Made by a program: the position numbers and the translations under genes
Shown here: one piece after another, positions 1-10,426 of the stretch
Layout: every line of letters begins with the position of its first letter
Position numbering within the stretch: the first letter of the stretch is position 1
The notes under the pieces: model-generated
What the model was told of the DNA's origin: nothing
The model's input: only the letters and a program-made list of their open reading frames with translations
Database searches by the model: none
Origin: an uncultured Gammaproteobacteria bacterium
Lineage (GTDB): Bacteria > Patescibacteriota > Microgenomatia > UBA10105 > UBA927
Assembly (NCBI GenBank): GCA_964629685.1
Contig: CAZVTT010000001.1
Coordinates: 577,319 to 641,318 of the forward strand
DNA: 64,000 nucleotides
Direction: 5' to 3'

Positions 1-1028
1 AATCTGAAGTGGTATATAAAAGTATTAATGCACTGCTGCAAAAACAGGGAGTAATATTCCTGGATATGGATTCCGGGTTGCGTGAATACCCCGAGTTGGT
101 TAAGCAATATTTCGGCACCGTTATTCCTCCGATGGATAATAAGTTCGCGGCGCTTAATTCCGCTACCTGGTCTGGAGGTTCATTTGTCTATGTTCCGGCA
201 GGTGTGCATGTTGAACTGCCGTTGCAGGCATACTTCCGGATAAATGCAGCGAATATGGGGCAGTTTGAACGAACGCTTATTATTGCTGAAGAAGGCAGTT
301 ACGTGCACTATGTTGAGGGTTGTACTGCCCCTATCTACACTACGGATTCTCTCCATAGCGCCGTTGTGGAAATAATCGTAAAAAAAGGTGCACGCGTAAG
401 GTATACCACAATTCAGAATTGGAGCACGAATGTATACAATCTCGTTACCAAGCGAACCCGCGTAGAGGAAGAAGGCACTATGGAATGGGTAGACGGCAAT
501 TTAGGAAGTAAAGTAACCATGAAATACCCAAGTGTATACCTCATGGGAAGAAAAGCCCGTGGAGAAGTTCTCTCTATAGCCTATGCAGGATCCGGTCAGC
601 ATCAGGATGCGGGTGGTAAAGCGATTCATGCAGCACCGGAAACGACATCCCAGATTATTTCGAAATCCATTAGTAAGGGTGGGGGTAGAACATCGTATCG
701 GGGATTAGTTCAGGTTAACCCCGGAGCAACAAATGTTAAAAGTAAGGTCGTTTGTGATGCATTGCTTTTAGATGAGGCATCACGGTCTGATACTTATCCG
801 GATATGAAAATAATGGAACAACAAGTGCAAATAGAACATGAAGCAACGGTGTCGAAAATAGGAGATGAACAAATGTTCTATCTGCAAAGCCGTGGTATTC
901 CGGAGGGTCAGGCTCAGTCAATGATAGTGAACGGCTTTATTGAACCAATAGTAAAAGAATTGCCGTTGGAGTACGCCGTGGAAATGAATAGATTGATCCA
1001 ATTGCAGATGGAAGGTTCAGTCGGATAA
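1..1028 (+). CDS. sufB: Fe-S cluster assembly protein SufB (C-terminal about 340 aa; 5' end cut by window edge)
   Basis: Translation ends ...[19 protein letters not shown], a typical SufB C-terminus. No in-frame stop upstream of position 9, so the gene continues beyond the window start. Confidence 0.85.
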   Translation, partial: SEVVYKSINALLQKQGVIFLDMDSGLREYPELVKQYFGTVIPPMDNKFAALNSATWSGGSFVYVPAGVHVELPLQAYFRINAANMGQFERTLIIAEEGSYVHYVEGCTAPIYTTDSLHSAVVEIIVKKGARVRYTTIQNWSTNVYNLVTKRTRVEEEGTMEWVDGNLGSKVTMKYPSVYLMGRKARGEVLSIAYAGSGQHQDAGGKAIHAAPETTSQIISKSISKGGGRTSYRGLVQVNPGATNVKSKVVCDALLLDEASRSDTYPDMKIMEQQVQIEHEATVSKIGDEQMFYLQSRGIPEGQAQSMIVNGFIEPIVKELPLEYAVEMNRLIQLQMEGSVG

Positions 1029-1032
1029 GCGT

Positions 1033-1671
1033 ATGAAGCAATTTTTTATTGAAGAAAACACTAATCAGACAAAATTATTTGATATTTCAGGTTCAGATGC
1101 AGCAATTGAATATCTCGTGGGAAAGGATGCTCAGCTAACAGTGGTGATTACTGCCAGTAGCTCCGAAAATGCTGAAGGGAAGATAGTCGTTAAATTAGCC
1201 GATTCCGGTGCCCATGCAAATATTTACGGATTGTTGTTAAATACCGGAAGTCAGACTATTGCACTTCATACGATACAACATCATTCGGCTCCCAATACCG
1301 GAAGTAATTTGTTGGTAAGATGCGTTTTAAAAGATACAGCACAAATTACGTATGATGGAGCAATACGGGTGGATCCGATCGCACAGCGAACTGATGCGTA
1401 TCAGAGAAATGAAAATTTATTACTTTCAAATGAAACAAAAACCGTAAGCCGGCCGGCCTTGGAAATATTGGCAAACGATGTACGGTGTACCCATGGTGCA
1501 ACTATTGGCACACTCGATCCGGACCAACTGTTTTATCTTGCGAGTAGAGGTGTTGGTGAGCAAATGGCAAAACAATTAATTATCGATGGTTTTTTTGAAT
1601 CGGTTTTGCAAAAAATACCGGACACCCAAATTGCCGAAGTGGTGCGAAAACGTATATGGCAGAATATGTAG
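1033..1671 (+). CDS. sufD: short SufD-like Fe-S assembly protein
   Basis: Lies directly after sufB in the suf operon. C-terminal region ...LFYLASRGVGEQMAKQLIIDGFF resembles the SufB/SufD family C-terminus. At 212 aa it is shorter than classical SufD. Confidence 0.6.
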   Translation: MKQFFIEENTNQTKLFDISGSDAAIEYLVGKDAQLTVVITASSSENAEGKIVVKLADSGAHANIYGLLLNTGSQTIALHTIQHHSAPNTGSNLLVRCVLKDTAQITYDGAIRVDPIAQRTDAYQRNENLLLSNETKTVSRPALEILANDVRCTHGATIGTLDPDQLFYLASRGVGEQMAKQLIIDGFFESVLQKIPDTQIAEVVRKRIWQNM

Positions 1672-1967
1672 CAGCATTATTACTACGTGAATTAGAAGAC
1701 GGAGCCATGAAGACCGTGACGATCTCCGGTAACGCTATAGCTATTGCCCGGGTGGGGAATGAGTTTTTTGCCGTAGCTGATAGATGTTCCCATGATAATT
1801 GTTCCTTAGGATCGGAAGGTTTTCTTGACGGTGCGACAATCATTTGTGGTTGTCACGGCGCCCAGTTTGACGCTACAAACGGACACGTCCTTTCCCTTCC
1901 GGCAACTCAAAATGTCACCTCGTATGAAGTTAAAGTCGAAGGCGATACACTTATGGTACGGATATAG
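1656..1967 (+). CDS. Rieske [2Fe-2S] domain protein
   Basis: CSHDNCSL...CGCHGAQF matches the CxH...CxxH Rieske motifs. It overlaps the sufD end by 16 nt, so it is likely co-transcribed. Confidence 0.8.
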   Translation: MAEYVAALLLRELEDGAMKTVTISGNAIAIARVGNEFFAVADRCSHDNCSLGSEGFLDGATIICGCHGAQFDATNGHVLSLPATQNVTSYEVKVEGDTLMVRI

Positions 1968-1982
1968 TACTATAAGTACCGT

Positions 1983-3221
1983 ATGAAAAAATCCTTTGAC
2001 GCAGTCAAAATAAAACCTCAGTTTCCCGTATTGTCACGCAAAATTCACGATAAGCCGGTTGTATATCTTGATTCGACAGCTACCTCATTAAAACCATTAT
2101 CTGTCGTAGAAGCCGAAAGAGCCTACTATACTGATTTCACAGCAAATATATTCAGGGGAATATACACCTTATCGGAAGAAGCCACTGCCGCATATGAGCA
2201 GGCAAGGGATCTGGTGGGAGAGTTTATCGCTGCTCCCAGTAGCCAGGAGATTGTATTTACCAGGAACACAACAGAATCCATAAATTTGGTGCTCTACAGT
2301 TGGGCCAGAGCGAATGTAAAACCAGGAGATTCGATAGTAACTACAATTCTGGAGCATCATTCTAACTTTGTACCCTGGCAACAATGGGCAAGTGTGAACG
2401 GTGTCAAATTCGGTATTTGGGATGCTGCTATGGACGGTGAACTCTCGTTAACGGAGTTACCACGGCTAGTAACTTCAAAAACCCGATTAGTTGCACTTAC
2501 CGCGGTGTCAAATGTATTAGGAGTGATCACTCCGGTGAAACAGATTGTACAGGCGGTGAAATCAATAAATCCGAATTGTTTAGTATTAGTGGATGCGGCT
2601 CAGGCAGTACCGCATATGCCTGTAGATGTTCACGATTGGGGTGCTGATTTTGTGGCGTTTTCTAGTCATAAAATGTTAGGACCTACCGGTGTCGGAGTAC
2701 TTTGGGCGAAAATGTCACTCCTCGAAGCAATGGAGCCATTTATGTTTGGGGGTGAAATGATCCGGGAGGTATTGCGGGACAAGACGTATTTTAAAGAAGT
2801 GCCACATAAATTTGAGGCAGGAACTCCCCATATAGCTGGTGTCATCGGACTGGGTGCTGCGGTAGAGTATTTATCTGCTCTTGGTATGAACGCTGTGCGT
2901 GAGCATGAAAAAGAAATTACTTCATATGCCTTAGCACAACTGCAGCGTATATCAGGGCTATGGGTATATGGTCCTACGGATATGGAAAAGAAAGGCGGAG
3001 TATTGGCGTTTACCCTGCAAGGGTGTCACCCTCATGATATTGCCCAAATATTGGATGAAGACAATATCTGTATTCGTTCTGGTAATCATTGTGCTATGCC
3101 ACTGCATCAATTTCTGGGAGTACCCGCGACCGCCAGAGCATCTGTTTACGTATATACAACGCATTCGGATATAGATGCCTTAGTAGCCGGACTTGAGAAC
3201 GTAAAACACGTTTTTAGCTAG
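1983..3221 (+). CDS. sufS: cysteine desulfurase SufS (class V aminotransferase)
   Basis: Length 412 aa. SSHKMLGPTGVGVL PLP-lysine motif and C-terminal ...RSGNHCAMPL active-site Cys loop. Sits in the suf operon. Confidence 0.9.
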   Translation: MKKSFDAVKIKPQFPVLSRKIHDKPVVYLDSTATSLKPLSVVEAERAYYTDFTANIFRGIYTLSEEATAAYEQARDLVGEFIAAPSSQEIVFTRNTTESINLVLYSWARANVKPGDSIVTTILEHHSNFVPWQQWASVNGVKFGIWDAAMDGELSLTELPRLVTSKTRLVALTAVSNVLGVITPVKQIVQAVKSINPNCLVLVDAAQAVPHMPVDVHDWGADFVAFSSHKMLGPTGVGVLWAKMSLLEAMEPFMFGGEMIREVLRDKTYFKEVPHKFEAGTPHIAGVIGLGAAVEYLSALGMNAVREHEKEITSYALAQLQRISGLWVYGPTDMEKKGGVLAFTLQGCHPHDIAQILDEDNICIRSGNHCAMPLHQFLGVPATARASVYVYTTHSDIDALVAGLENVKHVFS

Positions 3222-3222
3222 T

Positions 3223-3651
3223 ATGGATATTTACCGTGAACTTATCCTGGATCATTATAAAAATCCCCATAATTTTGGAGAGCTAGAGCATCCTGATGCG
3301 AAAGTATCGGAAGATAATGTTAGTTGCGGCGATAAAATAACCATGGATATTACGGTGAAACATCACGGTCAGGGACTGTCGCTGAGTGCGTATAGTATTG
3401 ATCAAGTTAAATTTTCCGGTGTTGGGTGTGCCATTAGTCAGGCTAGTGCTTCGTTATTAACAGACTATGTTACCGGGATGAGTCTGGAAAGTGTTATGGC
3501 ACTTACGACTGAAGACATATATTCACTGCTCGGAACACCCCTCACACCAGCGCGGACGAAATGCGGAACTTTGGCATTGGAGGTACTTCACAAGGCGGTG
3601 CTTTTATATATTCATACGGCGCTTGCAGGAAAAAAGCCGGATAGTGTATAA
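3223..3651 (+). CDS. sufU: SUF-type Fe-S scaffold SufU/NifU-like
   Basis: CGD...GVGCAISQASAS...KCG cysteine pattern of the IscU/SufU family. Lies immediately after sufS. Confidence 0.85.
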   Translation: MDIYRELILDHYKNPHNFGELEHPDAKVSEDNVSCGDKITMDITVKHHGQGLSLSAYSIDQVKFSGVGCAISQASASLLTDYVTGMSLESVMALTTEDIYSLLGTPLTPARTKCGTLALEVLHKAVLLYIHTALAGKKPDSV

Positions 3652-3654
3652 CAA

Positions 3655-3915
3655 ATGGATATGGATCAGTCAGACCCCCGTATGCTCCGGAAGATAAGAA
3701 AATTCACTATGCGAATAGACCGTGACCTGTGCATTGGGGCAGCCACGTGTATTGCTATCGCTCCCAAAGCCTGGGCACTAGACGATGAAGCAAAAGCGAT
3801 TATTTTAGATTCCGCAGAGGAGGAATCGGACGAAACATTATTGGAAGCAGCCAAAGCCTGTCCGGTTATGGCAATTTATATAACTGATGAGAATGGGAAA
3901 CAGGTTTTCCCATAA
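3655..3915 (+). CDS. small [4Fe-4S]/[3Fe-4S] ferredoxin
   Basis: CIGAATCIAIAP...ACPVMAI resembles single-cluster ferredoxins. The true start is probably the internal MRIDRDL. Confidence 0.7.
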   Translation: MDMDQSDPRMLRKIRKFTMRIDRDLCIGAATCIAIAPKAWALDDEAKAIILDSAEEESDETLLEAAKACPVMAIYITDENGKQVFP

Positions 3916-4087
3916 AAATTTGTCTGACCGGAATACCGAATTGCCTGGGAGTACTCCCGCTGTAGGTACCAGGATATATGCCTTAAGACCGTGTCCGCAA
4001 TGCGGTCATAATCTCTTCGGTATGCCGGGTGGTCGGGATGCTCACTGTTCAGAATGCGGATATAAAGATCCTTGTTGTAGTGACTAG
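3887..4087 (+). CDS. possible zinc-ribbon small protein
   Basis: CPQCGH...CSECGYKDPCC forms two CxxC pairs. It overlaps the ferredoxin 3' end and may be spurious. Confidence 0.25.
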   Translation: MRMGNRFSHKNLSDRNTELPGSTPAVGTRIYALRPCPQCGHNLFGMPGGRDAHCSECGYKDPCCSD

Positions 4088-4187
4088 TAGCTGCATGAGC
4101 ATGATTGCGGAAGGATTTTCGACTTAAACAATATATCAGGTAGTGTAGTATACAGATTTATGGTTCAGGTGTGATACGATATTTCTT

Positions 4188-5927
4188 ATGAAAGATAGTG
4201 TTACATGGAAAATAGGTGGTGAAGCGGGTTTCGGAATTATGTCATCCGGGTTGATGCTGGCACGGATTTTTTCCCGGAAGGGCTACCATGTTTTTTCTAC
4301 AAATGAGTATCCCTCCCTTATCCGAGGAGGTCATAATCTCGTTACCGTCCGTATTGCAACAAATAAGTTTGAGGCCATGAATAAAGACGTACATATTCTG
4401 GTGGCACTCAATAAAGAAACAGTAGATCTCCATAAAGAAGAATTGTCGGATAGTGCTTTAGTCGTATTTGATCCACAGGACCATGTTTGGAATACCGGGG
4501 ATTTTCGTAAACCGATTACGCTTCTTTCTATACCTCTTGCTCAAATCGTTAAAGAACGGGCTGGTGATCCTGTTATGCGGAACACCGTATCGCTCGGCGT
4601 TACAGTGGCCCTGTTGGGAATTGATTTTAGTGTACTCGAACAAATAATTCATGATCAGTTCAAAAAGAAGAAACAGGAAATCATCGACTCAAATGTGGGT
4701 ATGGCTAAGGCAGGGTATGATTATGTCAAAGAGCATTTCAGTACGGAAACATCAATGCATATCGGGCATGTTGAGCCTAAGGAAAAACAGCTAATACTAA
4801 ACGCAAGCGAGGCGTTAGGAGTAGGGGCTGCAAGGGCAGGACTTAAGTTTGCTGCAATTTACCCAATGACACCAATTAACTCGCTTATTACCTATTTGGC
4901 CGATCATGCGAAACAATTTGGTATTGTATATAAGCAACCTGAAGATGAAATAGCGGGAATAAATATGGCTATCGGTGCGTCTGCTGCGGGTGTAAGGAGT
5001 ATGGTAGCAACGTCTGGCGGTGGTTTTGCACTAATGGTGGAAGGTATTGCCTTGGCAGGTATTACTGAACTTCCATTAGTAATTGACCTGGGTATGCGGG
5101 TTGGACCAGCTACCGGTATGCCGACATGGACAGAGCAGGGAGAGTTACAGTTTGCCATTCATGCTGGTCATGGTGAATTTCCTAAAATAGTATTGGCTCC
5201 GGGTGACATTACCGAAACGTATGAACTAACGGTACAAGCCTTTAATCTGGCTGATAGGTACCAAATTCCGGTTATTATTCTTACGGATAAATATCTGAAT
5301 GAGAGCCATTGGTGTATTCCTGAAGCAGTATTTAAGAAAGATGTAACTATAGACCGTGGTAAATTATTGCGTGAGGAGGATTTACCCACAGACGGATCCT
5401 ATAAACGGTATGATCTTTCGGCAGCGGACGGTATCTCTCCCCGGGCAGCGATCGGAATGAAAAACGGATTCTTTTACGCGAATTCATACGAACATGATGA
5501 AGTGGGTCATTCCACGGAAAAAGCTGAAGTCAGAAAAGCTATGGCGGAAAAGAGACTTAAAAAATTTGATGCAATTAAGCGGGATATAAAACCACCGACC
5601 GTCTGGGCAGATGACGGGGCAGAACTTACATTTGTGTGTTGGGGATCAACCAAAGGTCCGGTTCAGGAAGCAGCGAAATTATTACGGTCAGCAGGTAAAA
5701 AAGTAAAAGTAGTACATTATTCATGGCTTTACCCATTTCCGTCGGAACAGACAATGGCTGCTCTCAGTTCTGGAGGGAGAATTATAGCCGTCGAGAATAA
5801 TGCTACCGCTCAGCTAGTGTCTCTGATTCGGGAACATACCGGAATCGTAATAGGCGAAAAACTATTAAAGTTCGATGGAAGACCTTTTTACCCTGAAGAT
5901 ATTGTTGCTCATGTTTTGGCAGTATAG
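4188..5927 (+). CDS. korA: 2-oxoacid:ferredoxin oxidoreductase, fused gamma/alpha subunit
   Basis: N-terminal gamma-like domain (GGEAGFGIMSSG...NEYPSLIRGGH) is followed by an alpha-subunit domain. Length 579 aa. Confidence 0.85.
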   Translation: MKDSVTWKIGGEAGFGIMSSGLMLARIFSRKGYHVFSTNEYPSLIRGGHNLVTVRIATNKFEAMNKDVHILVALNKETVDLHKEELSDSALVVFDPQDHVWNTGDFRKPITLLSIPLAQIVKERAGDPVMRNTVSLGVTVALLGIDFSVLEQIIHDQFKKKKQEIIDSNVGMAKAGYDYVKEHFSTETSMHIGHVEPKEKQLILNASEALGVGAARAGLKFAAIYPMTPINSLITYLADHAKQFGIVYKQPEDEIAGINMAIGASAAGVRSMVATSGGGFALMVEGIALAGITELPLVIDLGMRVGPATGMPTWTEQGELQFAIHAGHGEFPKIVLAPGDITETYELTVQAFNLADRYQIPVIILTDKYLNESHWCIPEAVFKKDVTIDRGKLLREEDLPTDGSYKRYDLSAADGISPRAAIGMKNGFFYANSYEHDEVGHSTEKAEVRKAMAEKRLKKFDAIKRDIKPPTVWADDGAELTFVCWGSTKGPVQEAAKLLRSAGKKVKVVHYSWLYPFPSEQTMAALSSGGRIIAVENNATAQLVSLIREHTGIVIGEKLLKFDGRPFYPEDIVAHVLAV

Positions 5928-5942
5928 GAAAGGGAAATTTAT

Positions 5943-6815
5943 ATGGTAGATACACCACCACTAACGATGGCATCATTTCAAACCGGTCGCTTACCGACAT
6001 GGTGTCCCGGATGTGGTGATTTTGGTATATGGACTTCCTTACAGCAAGCTCTTGTCGGATTAGGTGTCGGTCCGGATCGTGCGGCTATCTGTTATGGTAT
6101 TGGTTGTCATGGGAATATGTATGACTGGATGAATGCATACGGATTTCCCGGTCTGCACGGTCGATCCATTCCGGTGGCGCAGGGAATAAAATTAGCAAAT
6201 CATAAACTGCCTGTAATAAATGTATGTGGAGACGGCGATTGCCTGGGGGAAGGCGGTAATCATTTTATCCATGCCGCAAAAAGAAATCCTGATATCACGG
6301 TTATTATTCATGATAATCAAGTCTACGGATTGACTACCGGGCAGGCCGCACCAACGGCTAAACAAGGATTTAAAACAAAATCGACACCGGAAGGGGTTGT
6401 CGATGAGCCAATGAGTCCCATGGCTTTGGCGTTAACCGCCGGCGCTACGTTTATCGCACGTGGTTTTGCCGGAGACGCAGTAGGACTGAAAGAGTTGATG
6501 ATGAAAGCTATTCAGCACAAAGGTTTTTCGGTTTTAGATGTATTGCAACCTTGCGTAACGTTTGATAAAGTACATACCTACGGGTGGTATAGGCAGCGGT
6601 TGTATCGGTTATCCGACTCAGAGTACAAACCCGATAATAAATTTGCGGCATTTGAAAAAATGCACGAATGGGGTGATAAAATTCCGATGGGGATTTTTTA
6701 TCAGGAAGACCGTCCCACCAGTGAAGATGGTGAACCGGCGTTGCAGGATAAAATTTTAAGGGAATTACCATTGGAAATTTCCGATTGGGATGCCGCATTA
6801 AGTGAATTTTATTAA
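5943..6815 (+). CDS. korB: 2-oxoacid:ferredoxin oxidoreductase beta subunit (TPP-binding)
   Basis: GCHGN...CGDGDCLGEGGNHFIHA is a TPP-binding motif. Lies immediately downstream of korA. Confidence 0.85.
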   Translation: MVDTPPLTMASFQTGRLPTWCPGCGDFGIWTSLQQALVGLGVGPDRAAICYGIGCHGNMYDWMNAYGFPGLHGRSIPVAQGIKLANHKLPVINVCGDGDCLGEGGNHFIHAAKRNPDITVIIHDNQVYGLTTGQAAPTAKQGFKTKSTPEGVVDEPMSPMALALTAGATFIARGFAGDAVGLKELMMKAIQHKGFSVLDVLQPCVTFDKVHTYGWYRQRLYRLSDSEYKPDNKFAAFEKMHEWGDKIPMGIFYQEDRPTSEDGEPALQDKILRELPLEISDWDAALSEFY

Positions 6816-6854
6816 TTTTTTTGTTATATTTAACCTCCCGAATTTATTACCTCT

Positions 6855-6893
6855 TGACGGTGTCTTTAGCAGTTTGTATACTTGAGTGCTAAT
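6855..6893 (+). promoter_or_regulatory. sigma-70-like promoter overlapping a CIRCE-like inverted repeat (putative HrcA operator) upstream of lon
   Basis: TTGACG at 6855-6860, a 16-nt spacer, then TATACT at 6877-6882. TTAGCAGTT-N9-GAGTGCTAA at 6866-6892 matches the CIRCE consensus TTAGCACTC-N9-GAGTGCTAA; the right half is perfect and the left half has 2 mismatches. Confidence 0.6.
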
Positions 6894-9374
6894 ATGACTG
6901 AACAAGAATTTTCACAACCAACAGAACAAACCTTACCGGTTGTACCTATCCGGGACGGTATCGTTTTCCCTGGCGCAGAGATGATTCTCACCTTTGGGAG
7001 GCAACGGTCTGTCCTTGCTATTGAAGCTGCGCAAAAATCCAGCAAAAAAGTAATTCTTGTTATGCAACGGAATCCTAATGTAAATGATCCGTCTCCTTCT
7101 GACTTGCATTCAACCGGTTCTATTGCAGAAATCGTACAAATGATGAAAAACGAAGGTGAGATAAACGCATTGGTACGGGGTGTTTCCAAAGTGGAAGTAA
7201 CCTCCTATGAGGTTTCGGATCCGTTTTATATCGCTCGTGCTGTACAGCTTACGGAAGAATTAGAAGACTCGGATGAAATAAAGGCATTAGTAAATCACTT
7301 AGTTAGTGATCTGCGTCGTGCAGTAAATTTGGGTAAATCGATGGATTTTCTGACATTCATGAATATTATGTCAGGTTTAGGCTCACTTGAGCTTTCGTAC
7401 CAGGTCGCAGGAATTTTAGACCTAAAACCGGCTGAGCGGCAGGAACTGCTGGAGTTAAAAAATGTGCGGAAACGGCTAGAGCGTGAAGTAGCTCATTTGG
7501 CTCGGGAAGTAAAAATATTAGAGTTGGAGAAAAAAATTGCGAATAAAACACAGGAAAAATTTGATAAATCCATGCGGGATCAAGTGTTACGGGAACGCAT
7601 GAAAACAATTGAAAAAGAGCTGGGTGAAGAAGGCGACAACAAGGAGTTTAAGGAACTGGCAGATAAAATCAAAAAAGCCGGCATGCCACCGGAAGTCCGG
7701 ATTAAAGCGGATAAAGAATTAGCCAGATTAGTTCAAATGTCTCAATATAATCCTGAAGCTTCATATGTCCGAACTTACCTTGATTGGCTTATTGAATTAC
7801 CCTGGTCTGAATCAAGTCCGAATTCCGTAGATATTCAGAAAGCTGAAGATGTGTTAAATCAGGATCATTACGGTTTAGCCAAAATGAAAGAACGGATTCT
7901 TGAATATCTTGCAGTTATGAAGCTACGGCGTAATCAGGAAGCCCGGGAAAGCAAAGAGGAAAATGCAAAGCGTAACAAAGATGAGAAAGGTAAAGATAAC
8001 GCGGAAAGTATAAAGGAAAAACACCGTGGCAAAGCTTCCCCAACTATTTTGTGCTTTGTTGGACCTCCCGGTGTCGGAAAAACATCTATTGGAAAATCCA
8101 TTGCCAGAGCATTAGGCAGAAAATTCGTCAAAATGTCCCTGGGTGGCATTCGTGATGAAGCTGAAATTCGTGGTCACCGTCGGACATATGTCGGCGCCCT
8201 ACCGGGAAGGATTATCCAGGGAATGAAACAAGGGGGTACCAATAACCCGGTATTTATGCTGGACGAAATAGACAAAGTCGGAGCAGATTTCCGGGGTGAT
8301 CCTTCTGCAGCGTTACTCGAAGCATTAGATCCTGAACAAAATTATGCGTTCTCAGATCATTATCTTGATGTTCCGTTTGATTTGTCTGATGTATTCTTTA
8401 TAACCACATGTAACCTGTTGGACACTATACCACCAGCCCTGCGTGATCGGCTGGAAGTTATCAGGTTCCCTGGCTATACCGAGGAAGAAAAATTTCATAT
8501 TGCCAAAGATTTCCTAATGGAAAAACAGCGGGAGATTCATGGTGTCCCGGTTAAAACGGTTAGTTTAACTGATGAATCACTTCATGAAGTGATTCGGAGA
8601 TACACCAGGGAAGCTGGTGTCCGGAATTTGGAACGACAAGTTGCAACTCTTTACCGCAAAGTGGCACGAAAAATTGCGGACTTACCGGAAACGGAAGCAA
8701 GGACGTTTACCATTAAACCGGATGACCTTCATGAATATTTAGGACCTTACAAATACGTTTCCTATTTGGCGGAGAAAAAAGACGAGGTCGGTATGTCTAC
8801 CGGAATGGCTTGGACTGAAGCCGGTGGAGATATTCTGTTTATAGAAGTTGCACTTATGCCGGGAAAAGGAAGCTTAATATTAACCGGTCAGCTGGGGGAT
8901 GTTATGAAAGAATCCGGACAGGCAGCATTGTCATATGTCCGCAGCCGCTGGAAAATGCTTGGTTTGTCAGAAAAGTTCTTTCAGAAAATAGATATTCATG
9001 TTCATGTTCCTGAAGGTGCTGTACCCAAAGACGGTCCATCTGCAGGTGCGGCTATTACTACAGCTCTGGTGTCTGCACTTACCAGAATTCCTGTCCGCCG
9101 GACTGTTGCCATGACTGGCGAAATTACATTACGGGGAAGAATTATGGAAATCGGTGGAGTAAAGGAAAAAGTTATTGCAGCACACCGTGCAGGAATAAAA
9201 TCGGTTATTTTACCTAAAAATAATAAAAAAGATCTGGAAGATATTCCTAAAAGTGTACTAGATGAACTGGATTTCCATTTTGTGGAACATATGGATGAGG
9301 TGTTAAAGATTGCATTAAAACGTCAGATTCTTGTGTCATCGGATAAAGCTGACTCTCAGTTCATGAAATCGTAA
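6894..9374 (+). CDS. lon: ATP-dependent Lon protease
   Basis: N-terminal LON domain, Walker [10 protein letters not shown], and a C-terminal proteolytic domain with DGPSAG...KEK. The ORF track starts at TTG 6882; ATG 6894 (MTEQEF) is more likely. Confidence 0.9.
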   Translation: MTEQEFSQPTEQTLPVVPIRDGIVFPGAEMILTFGRQRSVLAIEAAQKSSKKVILVMQRNPNVNDPSPSDLHSTGSIAEIVQMMKNEGEINALVRGVSKVEVTSYEVSDPFYIARAVQLTEELEDSDEIKALVNHLVSDLRRAVNLGKSMDFLTFMNIMSGLGSLELSYQVAGILDLKPAERQELLELKNVRKRLEREVAHLAREVKILELEKKIANKTQEKFDKSMRDQVLRERMKTIEKELGEEGDNKEFKELADKIKKAGMPPEVRIKADKELARLVQMSQYNPEASYVRTYLDWLIELPWSESSPNSVDIQKAEDVLNQDHYGLAKMKERILEYLAVMKLRRNQEARESKEENAKRNKDEKGKDNAESIKEKHRGKASPTILCFVGPPGVGKTSIGKSIARALGRKFVKMSLGGIRDEAEIRGHRRTYVGALPGRIIQGMKQGGTNNPVFMLDEIDKVGADFRGDPSAALLEALDPEQNYAFSDHYLDVPFDLSDVFFITTCNLLDTIPPALRDRLEVIRFPGYTEEEKFHIAKDFLMEKQREIHGVPVKTVSLTDESLHEVIRRYTREAGVRNLERQVATLYRKVARKIADLPETEARTFTIKPDDLHEYLGPYKYVSYLAEKKDEVGMSTGMAWTEAGGDILFIEVALMPGKGSLILTGQLGDVMKESGQAALSYVRSRWKMLGLSEKFFQKIDIHVHVPEGAVPKDGPSAGAAITTALVSALTRIPVRRTVAMTGEITLRGRIMEIGGVKEKVIAAHRAGIKSVILPKNNKKDLEDIPKSVLDELDFHFVEHMDEVLKIALKRQILVSSDKADSQFMKS

Positions 9375-10297
9375 ACAAGTTTGGAAATTTCTGATATCTT
9401 TTTTATCGTAGCGGGTTCATCTTTGATATCTGCAGTAAATATTCCGATATAATAGGCGTGCTGAGGTGTAACGACAATCCCAACGTCGTGAATTCCGCCG
9501 ATCGTTGATCCTATTTTATGATAGACAACCGTTCCAGGTGGGAGTAATGCAGGAAGTCTGTCTTCGAAATCGGTTTCTTTCATAAACGAGAGCATCTCCT
9601 GCGTAAATGCTGCATTAGCTACTTTCCCGCCATAAATTTTTCGCAGTAATATTTCCATATCCTGGTTTGAGGTGGTATTCTTTTGAATGTCCGTTTGTGT
9701 TAATCCCCAGGCATCGACTTGTACTTGGAGTTTATCAAGCCCGACAATATAGTTGCCGAGAACGAATGCAGCGGTGTTATCGCTTTGTTTCATCATCAGT
9801 TGTGCAAGTGTTTTTACGGAGTACGTGCTACCTGGTTCGCTATATCGTAAAGATCCCGTACCGTAGTCCTGTATATCTTTTTTTTGTAAAGTAATAATCC
9901 GCTTCAGAATTGAATCGTCTTGTTGAGCTGTTACATACAAACCGGCTAGGATAGGAATTTTATTTACGGAAGCAGCCTCATAAATGACCGAATCATTTAT
10001 CGCCATTCTAAAATCCGAGTGTAAGTCTGCTACCAGTACCGAATAGTTTAGCCAATCGTTTCCCACTGCGGCGGTAACTAATTCTTTTAATTGTTCTGGG
10101 TTTTCTTTATTAGCCAGTAATTCTGCCTTTCTGCCATCCGGAGAATAATCTTCCGGTAGTGGAGATATAATCTTGGGTTTTGATGATACCGTGAGGAATC
10201 CAGCCAAGGCAATAATCATCACAAAAATTCCGATTACCGCGAAAAAAAGATACTGTGATTTAGAATTTCCGGAACGTCGTTCTAGTCGTGAGATCAT
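9356..10297 (-). CDS. membrane-anchored class A beta-lactamase-like serine hydrolase
   Basis: SVNK (SxxK) and SDN motifs plus an N-terminal TM helix. KIG occupies the place of the canonical KTG. Start chosen at MISRLERR; the ORF extends to 10366. Confidence 0.55.
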   Translation of the reverse strand: MISRLERRSGNSKSQYLFFAVIGIFVMIIALAGFLTVSSKPKIISPLPEDYSPDGRKAELLANKENPEQLKELVTAAVGNDWLNYSVLVADLHSDFRMAINDSVIYEAASVNKIPILAGLYVTAQQDDSILKRIITLQKKDIQDYGTGSLRYSEPGSTYSVKTLAQLMMKQSDNTAAFVLGNYIVGLDKLQVQVDAWGLTQTDIQKNTTSNQDMEILLRKIYGGKVANAAFTQEMLSFMKETDFEDRLPALLPPGTVVYHKIGSTIGGIHDVGIVVTPQHAYYIGIFTADIKDEPATIKKISEISKLVYDFMN

Positions 10298-10426
10298 GGT
10301 TTGACTGCAAAAAATGAGCGTACACAAATACTTCACTACTATACGGAAGCAGGGTATTTTCGTCAAATAACTAACAGGAGTATACTACTCGTGTTACAGG
10401 CGAAATTTATTGTACTATTAGATGTT

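Noticed and set aside
736-2384. Short minus-strand ORFs inside sufB, sufD and sufS (736-921, 1580-1843, 2169-2384).
   Set aside because: They lie fully inside strongly supported plus-strand genes, have no SD or features, and are typical antisense noise. The same applies to 4242-5389, 7366-8149, 16593-16957, 23739-24767, 54155-55207 and 57994-58380.
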